Source: a virus
Lineage: Duplodnaviria; Caudoviricetes
IMG/VR virus record: IMGVR_UViG_3300044694_000082
Coordinates: 40,345 to 104,344 of that record
Length of the DNA stretch: 64,000 bases
Reading direction: 5' to 3' (one strand)
The notes beneath the pieces are model-generated. The model saw nothing but the letters and a program-made list of their open reading frames with translations, was not told the origin of the DNA and ran no database searches. How positions within the stretch are numbered: position 1 is the first letter of the stretch; every line of letters begins with the position of its first letter. Of the stretch, positions 41,360 through 51,431 are shown piece after piece. Both the position numbers and the translations under genes were made by a program.

Positions 41360-42717
41360 TGTCCACGCCCACGATTCCGCGCAATGACGCCGAACTGGAA
41401 GAGATGTTCAACGACGGTTCCACCGTCAAGGACGTCTTCGCCTCGCGTCAGGGCGCCCTCGACTTCATCAAGTCCTACGCCAACCAGTTCAACAAGGCCA
41501 CCGGCGGAGACCTCGACTCCCAGATCGAGGCAGCCGTCCAGGACGGCCTCATCAAGTACCTCGCCGCACAGGGCTCCACCGACGCCAAGGGCGACGCCAA
41601 GCGCCTCGACCTGCGCCCCGCCAACTCCGTCAAGCACGCCCGCCTCGGCGACAAGTACAACCCGCAGGCCCCGGGCGCCAAGCTGGACAACATGTTCGGC
41701 GACGTCAAGGAGTTCATGGCCGCCATCTGGCACGGCACGCGCACGCCCGAGGCGGTCGCCACCCAGCACCAGATCAAGCAGATCATGAACTCGTTCGGGT
41801 CCACGGTCCCGGCCGACGGTGGTTTCTTGATCCCGGAGACGCTGCGCTCGGAGCTGCTGCGTGTCGCGCTGGAGAAGGCCGTCGTCCGCTCCCGGGCCCG
41901 CGTCGTCCCGATGGAGACGCTGACCGTCCCCTTCCCGATGATCGACTCGACCTCCAACGCGTCGAACATCTACGGCGGTGTCACCGCCTACTGGACGGAA
42001 GAGGCTGCTTCTCTCACCGACTCTTCGCCGACCTTCGGTCGCGTGAAGCTGGAGGCGAAGAAGCTCACCGCCTACAGCGAGATCCCGAACGAGCTGTTCG
42101 CGGACTCGATCATCTCGCTGCAGATGTTCATCAACGAGATCTTCCCCGAGGCCATCGCCTGGTTCGAGGACATTGCTTTCATCCGCGGCACCGGCGTCGG
42201 CGAACCCCTCGGCTTCCTCAACGCCGCGGCGACCGTCACGGTCAACAAGGAGACCGGCCAGCCCTCCACCACCCTCGTGTGGGAGAACCTGGTCAAGATG
42301 TACGCCCGCATGCTCCCGTCGAGCCTCTCCTCGGCCGTGTGGATCGCGCACATCGACACCTTCCCGGAGCTGGCGACCATGTCGCTCTCCGTCGGCACCG
42401 GCGGTTCCGCCATCTGGCTGAACAACGGCGTCGCCGGTCCCCCGATGACCATCCTCGGCCGCCCCGTCTTCTTCACCGAAAAGGCGAACTCGCTGGGCAC
42501 CGCGGGCGACATCAACTTCGTCGACCTCAGCTACTACCTGATCGGCGACCGCCAGGCCATCCAGGCGGACACCTCCCCGCACTACCGGTTCCAGAACGAC
42601 CAGACGACTGTTCGGTTCATTGAGAGGGTCGACGGCCGTCCCTGGATCCAGTCCGCCATCACCCCCAACCAGGGAAGTAACACCCTCTCGCCCTTCATCC
42701 AGCTGCAGACTCGCTGA
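41359..42717 (+). CDS. Major capsid protein (HK97 fold)
   Basis: DGGFLIPE, AYWTEEA, GTGVGEPLG, TILGRPV motifs. Confidence 0.95.
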   Translation: MSTPTIPRNDAELEEMFNDGSTVKDVFASRQGALDFIKSYANQFNKATGGDLDSQIEAAVQDGLIKYLAAQGSTDAKGDAKRLDLRPANSVKHARLGDKYNPQAPGAKLDNMFGDVKEFMAAIWHGTRTPEAVATQHQIKQIMNSFGSTVPADGGFLIPETLRSELLRVALEKAVVRSRARVVPMETLTVPFPMIDSTSNASNIYGGVTAYWTEEAASLTDSSPTFGRVKLEAKKLTAYSEIPNELFADSIISLQMFINEIFPEAIAWFEDIAFIRGTGVGEPLGFLNAAATVTVNKETGQPSTTLVWENLVKMYARMLPSSLSSAVWIAHIDTFPELATMSLSVGTGGSAIWLNNGVAGPPMTILGRPVFFTEKANSLGTAGDINFVDLSYYLIGDRQAIQADTSPHYRFQNDQTTVRFIERVDGRPWIQSAITPNQGSNTLSPFIQLQTR

Positions 42718-42746
42718 GCCACAAACATAACTGAATAAGCGTCACC

Positions 42747-42783
42747 CCGAAAAGGCTCCGGAATTCCCCGGGGTCCTTTTTTG
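42747..42783 (+). terminator. Terminator after the capsid gene
   Basis: GC hairpin followed by a T run. Confidence 0.65.
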
Positions 42784-42880
42784 TGCCCGGCGAGGCATTG
42801 AAACCCCTCGCCGGGCATTGCAGCGCAGGCAGTGGCACCCCTGCGTCAAGTCTTCGTGCCGTACATGAGGAGCAATTCCC

Positions 42881-43312
42881 ATGTCTATGACTGCTCTCGG
42901 GCGGGCGTTCAACGTCCAGCCCGCCTGCGATGGCGTGTGGATCAACCTGAAGGATGCCGGGGGTGTGGCCTTCCTGGGCTACCTCGCTTCCACGGGTGAC
43001 ACGTACACCCTCCAGGAGGCGAAGGACAACGCGGGTACTGGTGCGCAGAACCTGGCGAAGATCACCACGTACTGGACGAACACGGGTAACGCGTCGGACA
43101 CCTGGACTCGTAACACCCAGGCTGCGGCTGCGACTGTCACCACGACTTCTGCTGCGGCGCAGTCGGCGGTGGTGTTCGAGGTGAACATGGCGTCTCTGTC
43201 GGACACTTACAGTTACGTGAAGGTGACTTCGACGGGTGCCGGTACGGTCACTGCGATCCAGCGTGATCTGATGGTTCAGCGTCGGCCCAGCAACCTGACG
43301 AAGATGGGCTGA
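42881..43312 (+). CDS. Capsid decoration/virion protein
   Basis: Follows MCP; GAGGAG RBS; Thr/Ala-rich beta composition. Confidence 0.65.
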   Translation: MSMTALGRAFNVQPACDGVWINLKDAGGVAFLGYLASTGDTYTLQEAKDNAGTGAQNLAKITTYWTNTGNASDTWTRNTQAAAATVTTTSAAAQSAVVFEVNMASLSDTYSYVKVTSTGAGTVTAIQRDLMVQRRPSNLTKMG

Positions 43313-43317
43313 TAGCC

Positions 43318-43794
43318 ATGAGTACTCTCATTCAGGGCGATCAGCTGCGGGCGCTGCGGTACGGGCAGAAGGTGGACCGTGCGACGGCCACTCTGCCGCA
43401 GACGACGGCTGGTTCGCTTTTCACTGTCACGGGTGGCCGCGTTGTGGTCACGTCGATTCTGGGCGAGGTTACGACCGCGATCCAGAACCAGGCGAACAAC
43501 ACGAAGCTGCAGTCGGTGCCGACCACGGGTTCCACGGTCGACCTCTGCGCCGTCGTGGACATCGCCGCTCTCGAAGTCGGCGGCTTCCTGTCGCTGACGC
43601 CGGACCTGGACGCCACGCCGTTTTCGGTGGCGCTGCAGAAGCAGAACGCGGGTGCGATCTCGCTCCCGGTGACCGGTCTGATCATCCCGATCGGGGCGAT
43701 CAAGCTCAACTGTGCCGCGTCCAACACCGGTTCGGTGAAGTGGAGCGTGACTTACGTGCCGTTCGACAACGGTGCGTACATCACTGCGGCCTGA
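43318..43794 (+). CDS. Virion structural protein
   Basis: Position and composition. Confidence 0.65.
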   Translation: MSTLIQGDQLRALRYGQKVDRATATLPQTTAGSLFTVTGGRVVVTSILGEVTTAIQNQANNTKLQSVPTTGSTVDLCAVVDIAALEVGGFLSLTPDLDATPFSVALQKQNAGAISLPVTGLIIPIGAIKLNCAASNTGSVKWSVTYVPFDNGAYITAA

Positions 43795-43815
43795 TCAACC
43801 ACCTCGGAGTAACTG

Positions 43816-44451
43816 ATGTCATCTGTGCGGACGTGCGCCGACTGCACCACGCAGTATGCGCTGGATTTGGCTGCATGCCCCCACTGTGGCAGCAGTGACT
43901 ACGCCGGAGAAGGGGGAGCCGTGACCAAGCGGTTCCCCCTCTTCGTTTCTCTTTCCTGTCCCGGTTGCGGGCGCGGGCCGTGGACGGTGCGTCTGCAGTC
44001 GGTGCTGACCGGGCTTGTCGAACTTCCGACTCTGGCCTGCGCCTCGTGCGGTAGCCGGGTGCCGGTCACCTGGCCTCCCGAGGAGGAGCCGATGTCTCCG
44101 AAGATCACCGTCCATGGCGGTGCCACGAACGCCCGCGAAGCAGACGTCTCCCCGGCTGCTGACGCGGGTCAGCCGCCCCAGGCCGTAGCCGAGGACGGCC
44201 TGGGGCGCACCAACCCGTCTGACCCGGCGGCTGAGGTGCCGCTGGGTGAGCTGCTGCCTGAGGCACCCGTCGAGGCGGTTGTGAGCGAGCCGGATGCGGA
44301 CCCGTATGCGGGGATGTCCCTGGCTGAGCTGCGGGCTGCGGCCGACGCGCGCGATGTCGCTTCCTATGGTTCCAAGGCGCAGATCGCTGAGCGGCTGCGT
44401 GAGGCCGACGAGCAGGCGAAGGCCGAGTCGTCCGAGGATGAGAGCGAGTAA
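43816..44451 (+). CDS. Zn-ribbon plus SAP/HeH-like domain protein
   Basis: CxxC pairs; YAGMSLAELRAAADARDVASYGSKAQIAERL. Confidence 0.65.
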   Translation: MSSVRTCADCTTQYALDLAACPHCGSSDYAGEGGAVTKRFPLFVSLSCPGCGRGPWTVRLQSVLTGLVELPTLACASCGSRVPVTWPPEEEPMSPKITVHGGATNAREADVSPAADAGQPPQAVAEDGLGRTNPSDPAAEVPLGELLPEAPVEAVVSEPDADPYAGMSLAELRAAADARDVASYGSKAQIAERLREADEQAKAESSEDESE

Positions 44452-44454
44452 GCC

Positions 44455-44820
44455 ATGGCCCTCGGATTCTCTACCGCGGCGGCGAACTCCGCCCTTGACT
44501 CCCTGGGCAGCACCTACTCGTGGATCAAGCTCCACACCGCTGCTCCTGGTGCTGCTGGTACCACTGCTGCGGCCACGGAGACCACGCGTAAGCAGGTGAC
44601 CTGGGCGTCGGCGTCGAGTGCGTCGAAGGCCTCGTCGGCGGACTTGGTGTGGACGTCGGTGGCGGGTACGGAGACGTACACGCATTTCTCGTTGTGGACG
44701 GCGTCGACCGCTGGCACGTTCGGTGGTTCGGGCACGATCACGGCGAATGGTGTGACGGCTGGCGATACGTTCACCATCCCTTCGGGATCGCTCACGCTGA
44801 CGCTGCCTGTCGCCACCTGA
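44455..44820 (+). CDS. Virion protein (fibre/baseplate-associated type)
   Basis: LHTAAPGAAGT...GDTFTIPSGSLTL. Confidence 0.7.
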   Translation: MALGFSTAAANSALDSLGSTYSWIKLHTAAPGAAGTTAAATETTRKQVTWASASSASKASSADLVWTSVAGTETYTHFSLWTASTAGTFGGSGTITANGVTAGDTFTIPSGSLTLTLPVAT

Positions 44821-44840
44821 TGTTAGGGAGGTGACCGGTT

Positions 44841-45953
44841 GTGACGAGCTTCTCCGACAACTTCAACCGGGCTGACAGCACCGATCTGGGTGCCAACTGG
44901 GTTGAGGTCAGCGGGGATTGGAGCATCGTCTCCAATCAGCTCTCGCCGGGCAACGCGGGCGGCACGATCATTCTGCGGTGTGCCACGGCGATGGCGACGA
45001 ACGATCACACGGTCCAGATCACCATCGCCGCGACCGCTGCAGTCAGTCAGGGCATTTGGGCTCGCGGCAACTCGAACATCACATCGGGTTACCTGTGGCG
45101 TAACAATGGGACGAGCTGGGACTTGTTCTCCGTCGTGGGCGGGTCCTTCACCAGTATCGGAACGTTCGCGGCGGCAGCCTCCCCGGGCGACATTGCGAAG
45201 TTGCAGGTCCAGGGCACCACCATCACCGGCTATGTCAACGGTGTCGCCAAGGTGACTGTCACGGACACGGCCGTCTCCACCGGCACGTCTGTCGGTGTGC
45301 GGGGTGAGTCGACGAACTCACTGCGCTATGACGATTTTTCGGCCGCGGACTTGACGGGCAGTGTCTCCGGCACCGCCACCGCGTCACTGGGCGGTCTCAC
45401 AGGGGCTGCCTCTGGTACGCCGACGGTGAGTGGCACGGCGGCCGGTTCCCTGGGGGCCCTGTCCGGTGCAGCCAGTGGTGTGCCGACGGTCCGTGCCACT
45501 GCGTCGGGATCCTTCGGAGTCCTGGCGGGCGCGTCGAGTGGTACGCCGACGGTCGTTGCGGGGGGCGCGTTCAGTGGCGGCGCACTCACCGGCGGTGCGG
45601 GCAGTGTCCGTACCGTCGTCGGCTCAGCCAGCGGCTCCCTTGGGGGTCTGGTGGGCGCTGCCGGTGCACCCGCGCATGTGAATGGCACGGCCAGCGGCAC
45701 GTTCGGAGCGCTCGTGGCAACCGGATACACCAACACACAGTCCTCCTCCTCGTCGTCCGGTTCGGGTGGCTGGTACCAGATGCTGAGCATCAAGGCCGAA
45801 GCCGTGGCGTGGAAGGTGTGGGAGCTGACCAATCCGCCGCTGGCCTGCCCGTATGACGGTGAGCCGCTGCGGGACACTCCGCGTTCGCAGCCCGGCGGCA
45901 AGTACTGCCCGCTGGGTGATTACCGCTGGCCGCAGCAGCCGCGCATCATCTGA
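44841..45953 (+). CDS. Virion protein with lectin-like N-domain and Gly/Ser/Ala/Thr-rich repeats
   Basis: FSDNFNRAD...YDDF beta-sandwich; about 20-aa repeats. Confidence 0.7.
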   Translation: MTSFSDNFNRADSTDLGANWVEVSGDWSIVSNQLSPGNAGGTIILRCATAMATNDHTVQITIAATAAVSQGIWARGNSNITSGYLWRNNGTSWDLFSVVGGSFTSIGTFAAAASPGDIAKLQVQGTTITGYVNGVAKVTVTDTAVSTGTSVGVRGESTNSLRYDDFSAADLTGSVSGTATASLGGLTGAASGTPTVSGTAAGSLGALSGAASGVPTVRATASGSFGVLAGASSGTPTVVAGGAFSGGALTGGAGSVRTVVGSASGSLGGLVGAAGAPAHVNGTASGTFGALVATGYTNTQSSSSSSGSGGWYQMLSIKAEAVAWKVWELTNPPLACPYDGEPLRDTPRSQPGGKYCPLGDYRWPQQPRII

Positions 45954-45972
45954 CCTTTTGAAGGGGTGAACA

Positions 45973-46254
45973 GTGAGCAGAGTCGGTGTCCAGACCGCGA
46001 CCTTGGCGAATGTCGCCTCTTCCGCCACGAACGTGACCGTCTTCGCCGCCAACGGTGCCGCACGTATGCGGACGGTCTTCAATGACTCGACCGCCGTGCT
46101 CTATCTCAAGTTCGGTGCAACGGCGTCGTCTTCGAGCTACACGGTGCAGCTGGCCGCGGGTGCCTACTACGAGTTCCCGCAGCCCGTCTACGCCGGGCAG
46201 GTCGACGGGATCTGGGCCTCGGCCAACGGCAGCGCACGTACGACGGAGTGGTGA
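45973..46254 (+). CDS. Small virion protein
   Basis: AAGGGG RBS; position. Confidence 0.65.
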   Translation: MSRVGVQTATLANVASSATNVTVFAANGAARMRTVFNDSTAVLYLKFGATASSSSYTVQLAAGAYYEFPQPVYAGQVDGIWASANGSARTTEW

Positions 46255-46258
46255 TCCC

Positions 46259-46612
46259 ATGCCTCTGTACCCGTCGCCGGGCAGCGTCTCCAGCGCGCTG
46301 AGTGTCTCCGGGGATGTCACCAGCCAGGGCCACGTCATTGTGGCCGTCGCGGGAAAGACTCTGAAGGTCAAGGAAGGCAGCAATGCGTGCATGGGCACCG
46401 CGACGCTGACCGCCGGGGCCGCCACGGTCTCCACGACGGCCGTGACCGCCAACTCCCGTATCCAGCTGACGATTCAGTCGCTGGGCACCGTCACCGCACC
46501 GAAAGCCGTCGCGGTCACCGCACGGTCGGCGGGCACCTCGTTCACCATCACCAGCGCGGACGCGACCGACACCAGCGTCATCGCCTGGACCCTGCTCGAA
46601 CCCAGCCCCTGA
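46259..46612 (+). CDS. Virion fibre-like protein
   Basis: GTATLTAG...VTANSRI...GTSFTITS. Confidence 0.65.
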   Translation: MPLYPSPGSVSSALSVSGDVTSQGHVIVAVAGKTLKVKEGSNACMGTATLTAGAATVSTTAVTANSRIQLTIQSLGTVTAPKAVAVTARSAGTSFTITSADATDTSVIAWTLLEPSP

Positions 46613-46638
46613 TGTGACCTCGCGAGAAGGGCAGCCCC

Positions 46639-47715
46639 ATGGCCATCACGACGGGTGTCTACACGACTCGCGAGATCATCAAGCGTGGCCTGGACATCGC
46701 CCCGACCGCGCGCAACGACCGGCAGATCGACCGGTGCATCGAGTCCGCCGCCCGCCGGGTTGACGGTCTGTGCCACCGGATCTTCTACCCGAGACTCGAC
46801 ACGAAGTATTTCGACTGGCCGAACTACCAGCGGGCGATCCCCTGGCGGCTGTGGCTGGACGACACCGAGCTGATCTCCGCCTCCAACGTCATCTCCGGTG
46901 GCGTCACGGTGCCTTCCACGAACTACAACCTGGAGAGCAACCGCGTCGGGCCGCCGTACGACCGGCTGGAGATCAACATCTCCACCAGCTCGGCTCTCAG
47001 TGCGGGCTCGACTTACCAGCGCTCGATCGCCATCACCGGCCTGTGGGGCTACAGCAATGACGAGGACACCCTCGGTGCGGCGGTCGAGGCCCTGGACGAC
47101 AGTGAGACCGCCCTGGACGTGGATGCCGAGACGTCCGCGGAGGTGGGTGTCGGCGCCATCATCCGCATCGATGACGAACGGATGATCGTCTCCGGGCGCA
47201 GTCAGCTCGACACCGGCCAGACGCTCGGCGGATCCGGTCTGAGTGCCAACAAGAATGACGTCACCGTACCTGTGAGCAGCGGTGCGGCGTTCGCCGTGGA
47301 TGAGATCGTCACCATCGACGCCGAACGGATGCTCATCGTTGACATCCTCGGCAACGCCCTCGTCGTCAACCGCGGCTACGACGGATCCGTCCTGGCCAGC
47401 CACACAGCCGGTGCGGCCGTCTACGCCCCGCGCACCCTGACCGTCATCCGTGGCGCTTTCGGCACCACCGCGGCCAGCCACAGCAACGCCGCGACGATCT
47501 ACCAGTGGAAGCCGCCGCCCGGCATCCGCCAGCTCAACACCACCGAAGCGATCCACGAGCTGATGCAGGAACAGACCGGGTGGTTTCGGACCATGTCCGC
47601 TTCGTCCAATTTCGGTGGCACCGCGAAGCGGTCGGCATCCATGGACGCCATCATCGACCTGCGTGAATCGGTGTACCAGCAGTACGGCCGCAAAGCGCGA
47701 GTGAGGTCCATCTGA
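46639..47715 (+). CDS. Head-to-tail adaptor
   Basis: YTTRE...IESAARRVD..CHR.F; ITGLWGY; position. Confidence 0.75.
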   Translation: MAITTGVYTTREIIKRGLDIAPTARNDRQIDRCIESAARRVDGLCHRIFYPRLDTKYFDWPNYQRAIPWRLWLDDTELISASNVISGGVTVPSTNYNLESNRVGPPYDRLEINISTSSALSAGSTYQRSIAITGLWGYSNDEDTLGAAVEALDDSETALDVDAETSAEVGVGAIIRIDDERMIVSGRSQLDTGQTLGGSGLSANKNDVTVPVSSGAAFAVDEIVTIDAERMLIVDILGNALVVNRGYDGSVLASHTAGAAVYAPRTLTVIRGAFGTTAASHSNAATIYQWKPPPGIRQLNTTEAIHELMQEQTGWFRTMSASSNFGGTAKRSASMDAIIDLRESVYQQYGRKARVRSI

Positions 47716-48125
47716 TGGCAGGCGACTTCGAGGTTTCCTTCCGATCCACGATGCGCAACCGATCTTTCACGAACGGGAAGATCCAACGGGACATCAAGGC
47801 ATACGAACACGACGTCGCCTCTGCCATCGCCGACTCCGGCAAGGACGCCTGGCTGCACAACCTTGAGGGATCCATCCGCCACCCCACCCCGTACTACACC
47901 ACGCGGATCGCCAAGCGGGAACTGTCCCCCACCCTCTACGAGATCCACGACCACGGCGTCATCTACGGCCACTGGCTCGAAGGCACCGGCTCCCGTAACG
48001 CCCCCGTCACCATCTTCCCCGGCTACCACGCCCTCGCACGCGCCAAGGAAACCACCAAGGCCAAGCGGGCGTCCATCGCACGCCGCATCCTGCGCCGCTA
48101 CCGCTCCAGCGGACGCCTGACCTGA
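47715..48125 (+). CDS. Neck protein (HK97 gp10-like)
   Basis: Basic; YGHWLEGTG...FPGY. Confidence 0.7.
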   Translation: MAGDFEVSFRSTMRNRSFTNGKIQRDIKAYEHDVASAIADSGKDAWLHNLEGSIRHPTPYYTTRIAKRELSPTLYEIHDHGVIYGHWLEGTGSRNAPVTIFPGYHALARAKETTKAKRASIARRILRRYRSSGRLT

Positions 48126-48138
48126 GAAGGAGGAGACC

Positions 48139-48594
48139 ATGGCCCTGGACATCACGGGGATCCTGAACGCCATGGTCTCCCACGCTCTCAGCATCGGCTA
48201 CTTCGACCAGGTCAACCAGCACGAGAGCAAACAGTCCGCGTTCGACGGTCTGACCTGCCAGATCTGGATCGAACAGATCAACCCGGTCCGCACATCCGGC
48301 CTTTCCACCACCTCGATCCGTATCCAGTTCGAAGTCCGTCTCTACAACGGCACCATGTCCCAGCCCTACGACGACACCGACTCCGACCTCGCAGAAGCCC
48401 TCGACGCCCTCATGCGGGACTACATCGGCGACTTCACCCTCGGCGGCCTCGTCCGGCATGTCGACGTCTTCGGCGCCTATGGTCCCGGCGTATCCGTGCG
48501 CACCGGCTTCATGAACCAGGACGGAAAAGAGTTCCGCGTCTTCTCCGTCAACGTCCCCGTCATCGTCGACGACTTGTGGGACCAGGCACCCTGA
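48139..48594 (+). CDS. Tail terminator-like protein
   Basis: Position; DFTLGGLV motif. Confidence 0.7.
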   Translation: MALDITGILNAMVSHALSIGYFDQVNQHESKQSAFDGLTCQIWIEQINPVRTSGLSTTSIRIQFEVRLYNGTMSQPYDDTDSDLAEALDALMRDYIGDFTLGGLVRHVDVFGAYGPGVSVRTGFMNQDGKEFRVFSVNVPVIVDDLWDQAP

Positions 48595-48611
48595 CACAGC
48601 TTCATCTGATC

Positions 48612-48637
48612 AAGGCCCGCACCCGCGGGCCTTTTTC
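48612..48637 (+). terminator. Intrinsic terminator
   Basis: AAGGCCCGC-ACCC-GCGGGCCTT-TTTC. Confidence 0.7.
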
Positions 48638-48660
48638 ATGTCCCGAGGAGGGCAGTAGAC

Positions 48661-49425
48661 ATCGCAAAGACTAGCGGCCTCGGCGACAATTTCTACGTCG
48701 GGGGCTACGACCTGTCCGGCGACACCGCGTCCCTCGACAGCATCAGCGGCGGCCCGGCCGTCATCGACGTCACCGGCATCAACAAGTCCGCCTTCGAGCG
48801 GATCGGCGGTCTGCGCGACGGCAACATCGAGTGGACGTCGCACTGGAACCCGGACACCGTCGGTGTCACCTTCACCGAGCACACCGCACTGGCCGGTCTG
48901 CCCACTGCCGACGTCGGCCTCATGTACTTCCGTGGCACGACCCTCGGCAGCCCGACCGCGTCCATGGTGGGCAAGCAGATCAACTACGACCCCACCCGCG
49001 CCGACGACGGCAAGATGACCTTCAAGGTCCAGGCCCAGGCCAACGCCTACGGCCTGGAATGGGGTGTCGGCCTGACGGCGGGCATCCGTACCGACACGGC
49101 GGCCACCCTCGGCACCGGCGTGGACCTGGGTACCGGGCCGCTGTCCTTCGGCGCGCAGGCGTATCTGCAGGTCTTCGGCATGACCGGCACCGACGCCACC
49201 GTCAAGATCCAGGACAGCGCCGACAACGCCACCTTCGCCGACGTCGCTGGCCTCGCCTTCACCCAGATCACCACGACGGCGCGGCAGACCCAGCGGATCT
49301 CGGTGTCCAACACGACCACGATCCGCCGCTACGTGCGCGCGGTCACGGTCACCACGGGCGGCTTCACCAGCCTGCCGTTCGCGGTCGCCTTCACGCGCAA
49401 CGACACGGCCGCAATCGTCTTCTGA
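48661..49425 (+). CDS. Tail tube protein paralog with C-terminal extension; non-canonical ATC start
   Basis: GAGGAGG 9 nt before ATC-GCA-AAG (AKTSGL); frame open to 49425; shares DVTGIxKSAxER with 50956-51363. Confidence 0.8.
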   Translation: MAKTSGLGDNFYVGGYDLSGDTASLDSISGGPAVIDVTGINKSAFERIGGLRDGNIEWTSHWNPDTVGVTFTEHTALAGLPTADVGLMYFRGTTLGSPTASMVGKQINYDPTRADDGKMTFKVQAQANAYGLEWGVGLTAGIRTDTAATLGTGVDLGTGPLSFGAQAYLQVFGMTGTDATVKIQDSADNATFADVAGLAFTQITTTARQTQRISVSNTTTIRRYVRAVTVTTGGFTSLPFAVAFTRNDTAAIVF

Positions 49426-49450
49426 TCCATCGCATCCCGGGGAGAGACCG

Positions 49451-49891
49451 ATGCAGCGCATGAACCGGATCGAGCCGCAGGGCCGCGTCCAGGACTACAA
49501 GACCTACCAGATCGTCTCGCCGCTGAGCACCCACTGGGAACCGGCGACCTGTGCCCAGGTCGACTGCCCGGAGTACCTGGGCGGCTGGCGGATGCGGATC
49601 GAGGGGCTGCCGCCGGAGATGGTGCACGCGGCCCGCACCTCGGGCCGGAAGTACACCGAACTGGAAGTCACCGCCGACGAGCACTGGCTGGTCTTCGAGG
49701 CCGGTCAACCCTGCTTCCGTGCCCCGCTGCACCGGCGGCTGCTGGACAAGCAGGAGATCTACATCGCCCGCGACGGCGACTACCGAGGCAACCCAACCGG
49801 GCATGTGCGCAAACACACTCGGCCCGAGTTCTGGGTCGAGGACTTCTCCGAGCACCAGGACCGCCTCGCCAGACAGATACAGCAGGGGTGA
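49451..49891 (+). CDS. Hypothetical tail-region protein
   Basis: GGAGAG RBS. Confidence 0.7.
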   Translation: MQRMNRIEPQGRVQDYKTYQIVSPLSTHWEPATCAQVDCPEYLGGWRMRIEGLPPEMVHAARTSGRKYTELEVTADEHWLVFEAGQPCFRAPLHRRLLDKQEIYIARDGDYRGNPTGHVRKHTRPEFWVEDFSEHQDRLARQIQQG

Positions 49892-50298
49892 GTGTCATGA
49901 ACGCAGTGAAGAAGCCGTTGTGGGACGACCACCCGGCCGTACGTACCGGCGGTGACCTCGATCTCGGTGAACGCGCTTCCGATCTGCTCAAGTTCGCGTT
50001 CGGTACCTGGACCATGCTCGGTCTCGTCGCCGCGTTCGTCGCCGCATGGCTGCTGTTCGTGAATGACCCAGGCGAACTAAGGCTGAATCTCGGCCTCTCC
50101 TGCACCGCGGCCGTCCAGGGAATCATCCTGCAGATCGCCGCCAACCGCGGCGACCGGATCGCCTCGGAACTCGCACTCGCCACGCACGAAAACTCCCAGG
50201 AACTCCTGGACATCAACCAGCGTCAGCTGGAAATCCTGACCGCTCTTCGGGAGATCCGTTCGGAGTTGATTGAGCGTTCGAGTGACGAACCAGCCTAG
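49888..50298 (+). CDS. DUF1003-like membrane protein
   Basis: GERASD...FGTW...LNLGLSC.AA.QG.I..IAANR. Confidence 0.7.
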   Translation: MSVMNAVKKPLWDDHPAVRTGGDLDLGERASDLLKFAFGTWTMLGLVAAFVAAWLLFVNDPGELRLNLGLSCTAAVQGIILQIAANRGDRIASELALATHENSQELLDINQRQLEILTALREIRSELIERSSDEPA

Positions 50299-50318
50299 AG
50301 TTCGTATATGATGATCGC

Positions 50319-50882
50319 ATGGCAAAAGGAGAACAGAGCGATCAACTCTGCGGGTGCGGTTGTGGGGAGTACACCACGCGGTACTCCAACGGAACCGTCA
50401 GTCAATTCCGTCGAGGACATGCCGCGCGCGTCAAGACCGGGGACGAGGCGCCTCGGTACAGGCATGGGATGTCCAGCACGCCTACCTGGTATAGCTGGTC
50501 GAACATGATCAATCGGTGCACGCGGCCCGCCAATCCCGCCTACGGACGCTACGGCGGTCGTGGAATCACCTTCTGCAGTCGCTGGCAAGGAATCGACGGG
50601 TTTTCCAACTTCTACGCCGACATGGGCGAGAAGCCGGACGGCTACACGCTGGAGCGGATCGACAACGACAGAGGATATTCGCCCGACAACTGTCGATGGG
50701 CCACGCGGAAAGAGCAGGCGCTGAACACGAGGAATGTTCGGCTCACCGATGTAGATGTTGAGTGGATTCGAAAGCACCCCGAACTCTCTCGTTCGGAGAT
50801 CGCTAGGCGCTTCAGCATAAGCGACGCAACGGTCTCAAACATCAGAAATCGGAAGGGTCGTTTCAGCGACCCGTCCATGTAG
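50319..50882 (+). CDS. HNH-type homing endonuclease with C-terminal HTH
   Basis: YGGRGI..C.RW...F..DMG...TLERIDND.GY.P.NCRWAT; lower GC than neighbours. Confidence 0.85.
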   Translation: MAKGEQSDQLCGCGCGEYTTRYSNGTVSQFRRGHAARVKTGDEAPRYRHGMSSTPTWYSWSNMINRCTRPANPAYGRYGGRGITFCSRWQGIDGFSNFYADMGEKPDGYTLERIDNDRGYSPDNCRWATRKEQALNTRNVRLTDVDVEWIRKHPELSRSEIARRFSISDATVSNIRNRKGRFSDPSM

Positions 50883-50895
50883 ATAGACGGACCCC

Positions 50896-50925
50896 AAGGC
50901 CCGAGGCACACCGCCTCGGGCCTTT
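50896..50925 (+). terminator. Terminator hairpin
   Basis: AAGGCCCGAGGC-5nt-GCCTCGGGCCTTT. Confidence 0.6.
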
Positions 50926-50955
50926 GCCATGCCCCAAAACGGACAAGGAGGGACA

Positions 50956-51363
50956 ATGGCTAAGAGTTCAGGTCTCGCGTGGACAACCCTCTCAGTGGAT
51001 GACAGTGGGGGCACACCACGCGATATCAGGAATGATGTGACGAATCTCGAATTCGCCACACCTCGGGCAACCCAGGATGTCACCGGTATCGACAAGTCCG
51101 CGATGGAGCGTCTGCTTCTGCTGGCGGATTTCACGATCACGCTGAATGGCGTGTTCAACCCGGCCTCGAACGCCTCGCATGACGTTTTCAAGACGGTTCC
51201 GTCGACCAGCGTTCTGCGTACCGTTTCCATCACGGTGAACGGCAAGTCCCTGCCCAACGAGTGCATCTTCACTGACTACCCCATCACGCGCGCCGACTCT
51301 GGTGAGCTCACGTTCGCGGTTCCGGGGCAGCTGGCTGATGGCACGGTACCTACTTGGGCGTAA
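50956..51363 (+). CDS. Major tail (tube) protein
   Basis: AAGGAGG RBS; immediately upstream of TAC and TMP; ends DGTVPTWA. Confidence 0.8.
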   Translation: MAKSSGLAWTTLSVDDSGGTPRDIRNDVTNLEFATPRATQDVTGIDKSAMERLLLLADFTITLNGVFNPASNASHDVFKTVPSTSVLRTVSITVNGKSLPNECIFTDYPITRADSGELTFAVPGQLADGTVPTWA

Positions 51364-51431
51364 TGTCCGTTTCGTAACTCGGCAGTCCATCGCTTTGCGG
51401 TGGGCTTTTTTCATGCATCCGGGGAGGATTC

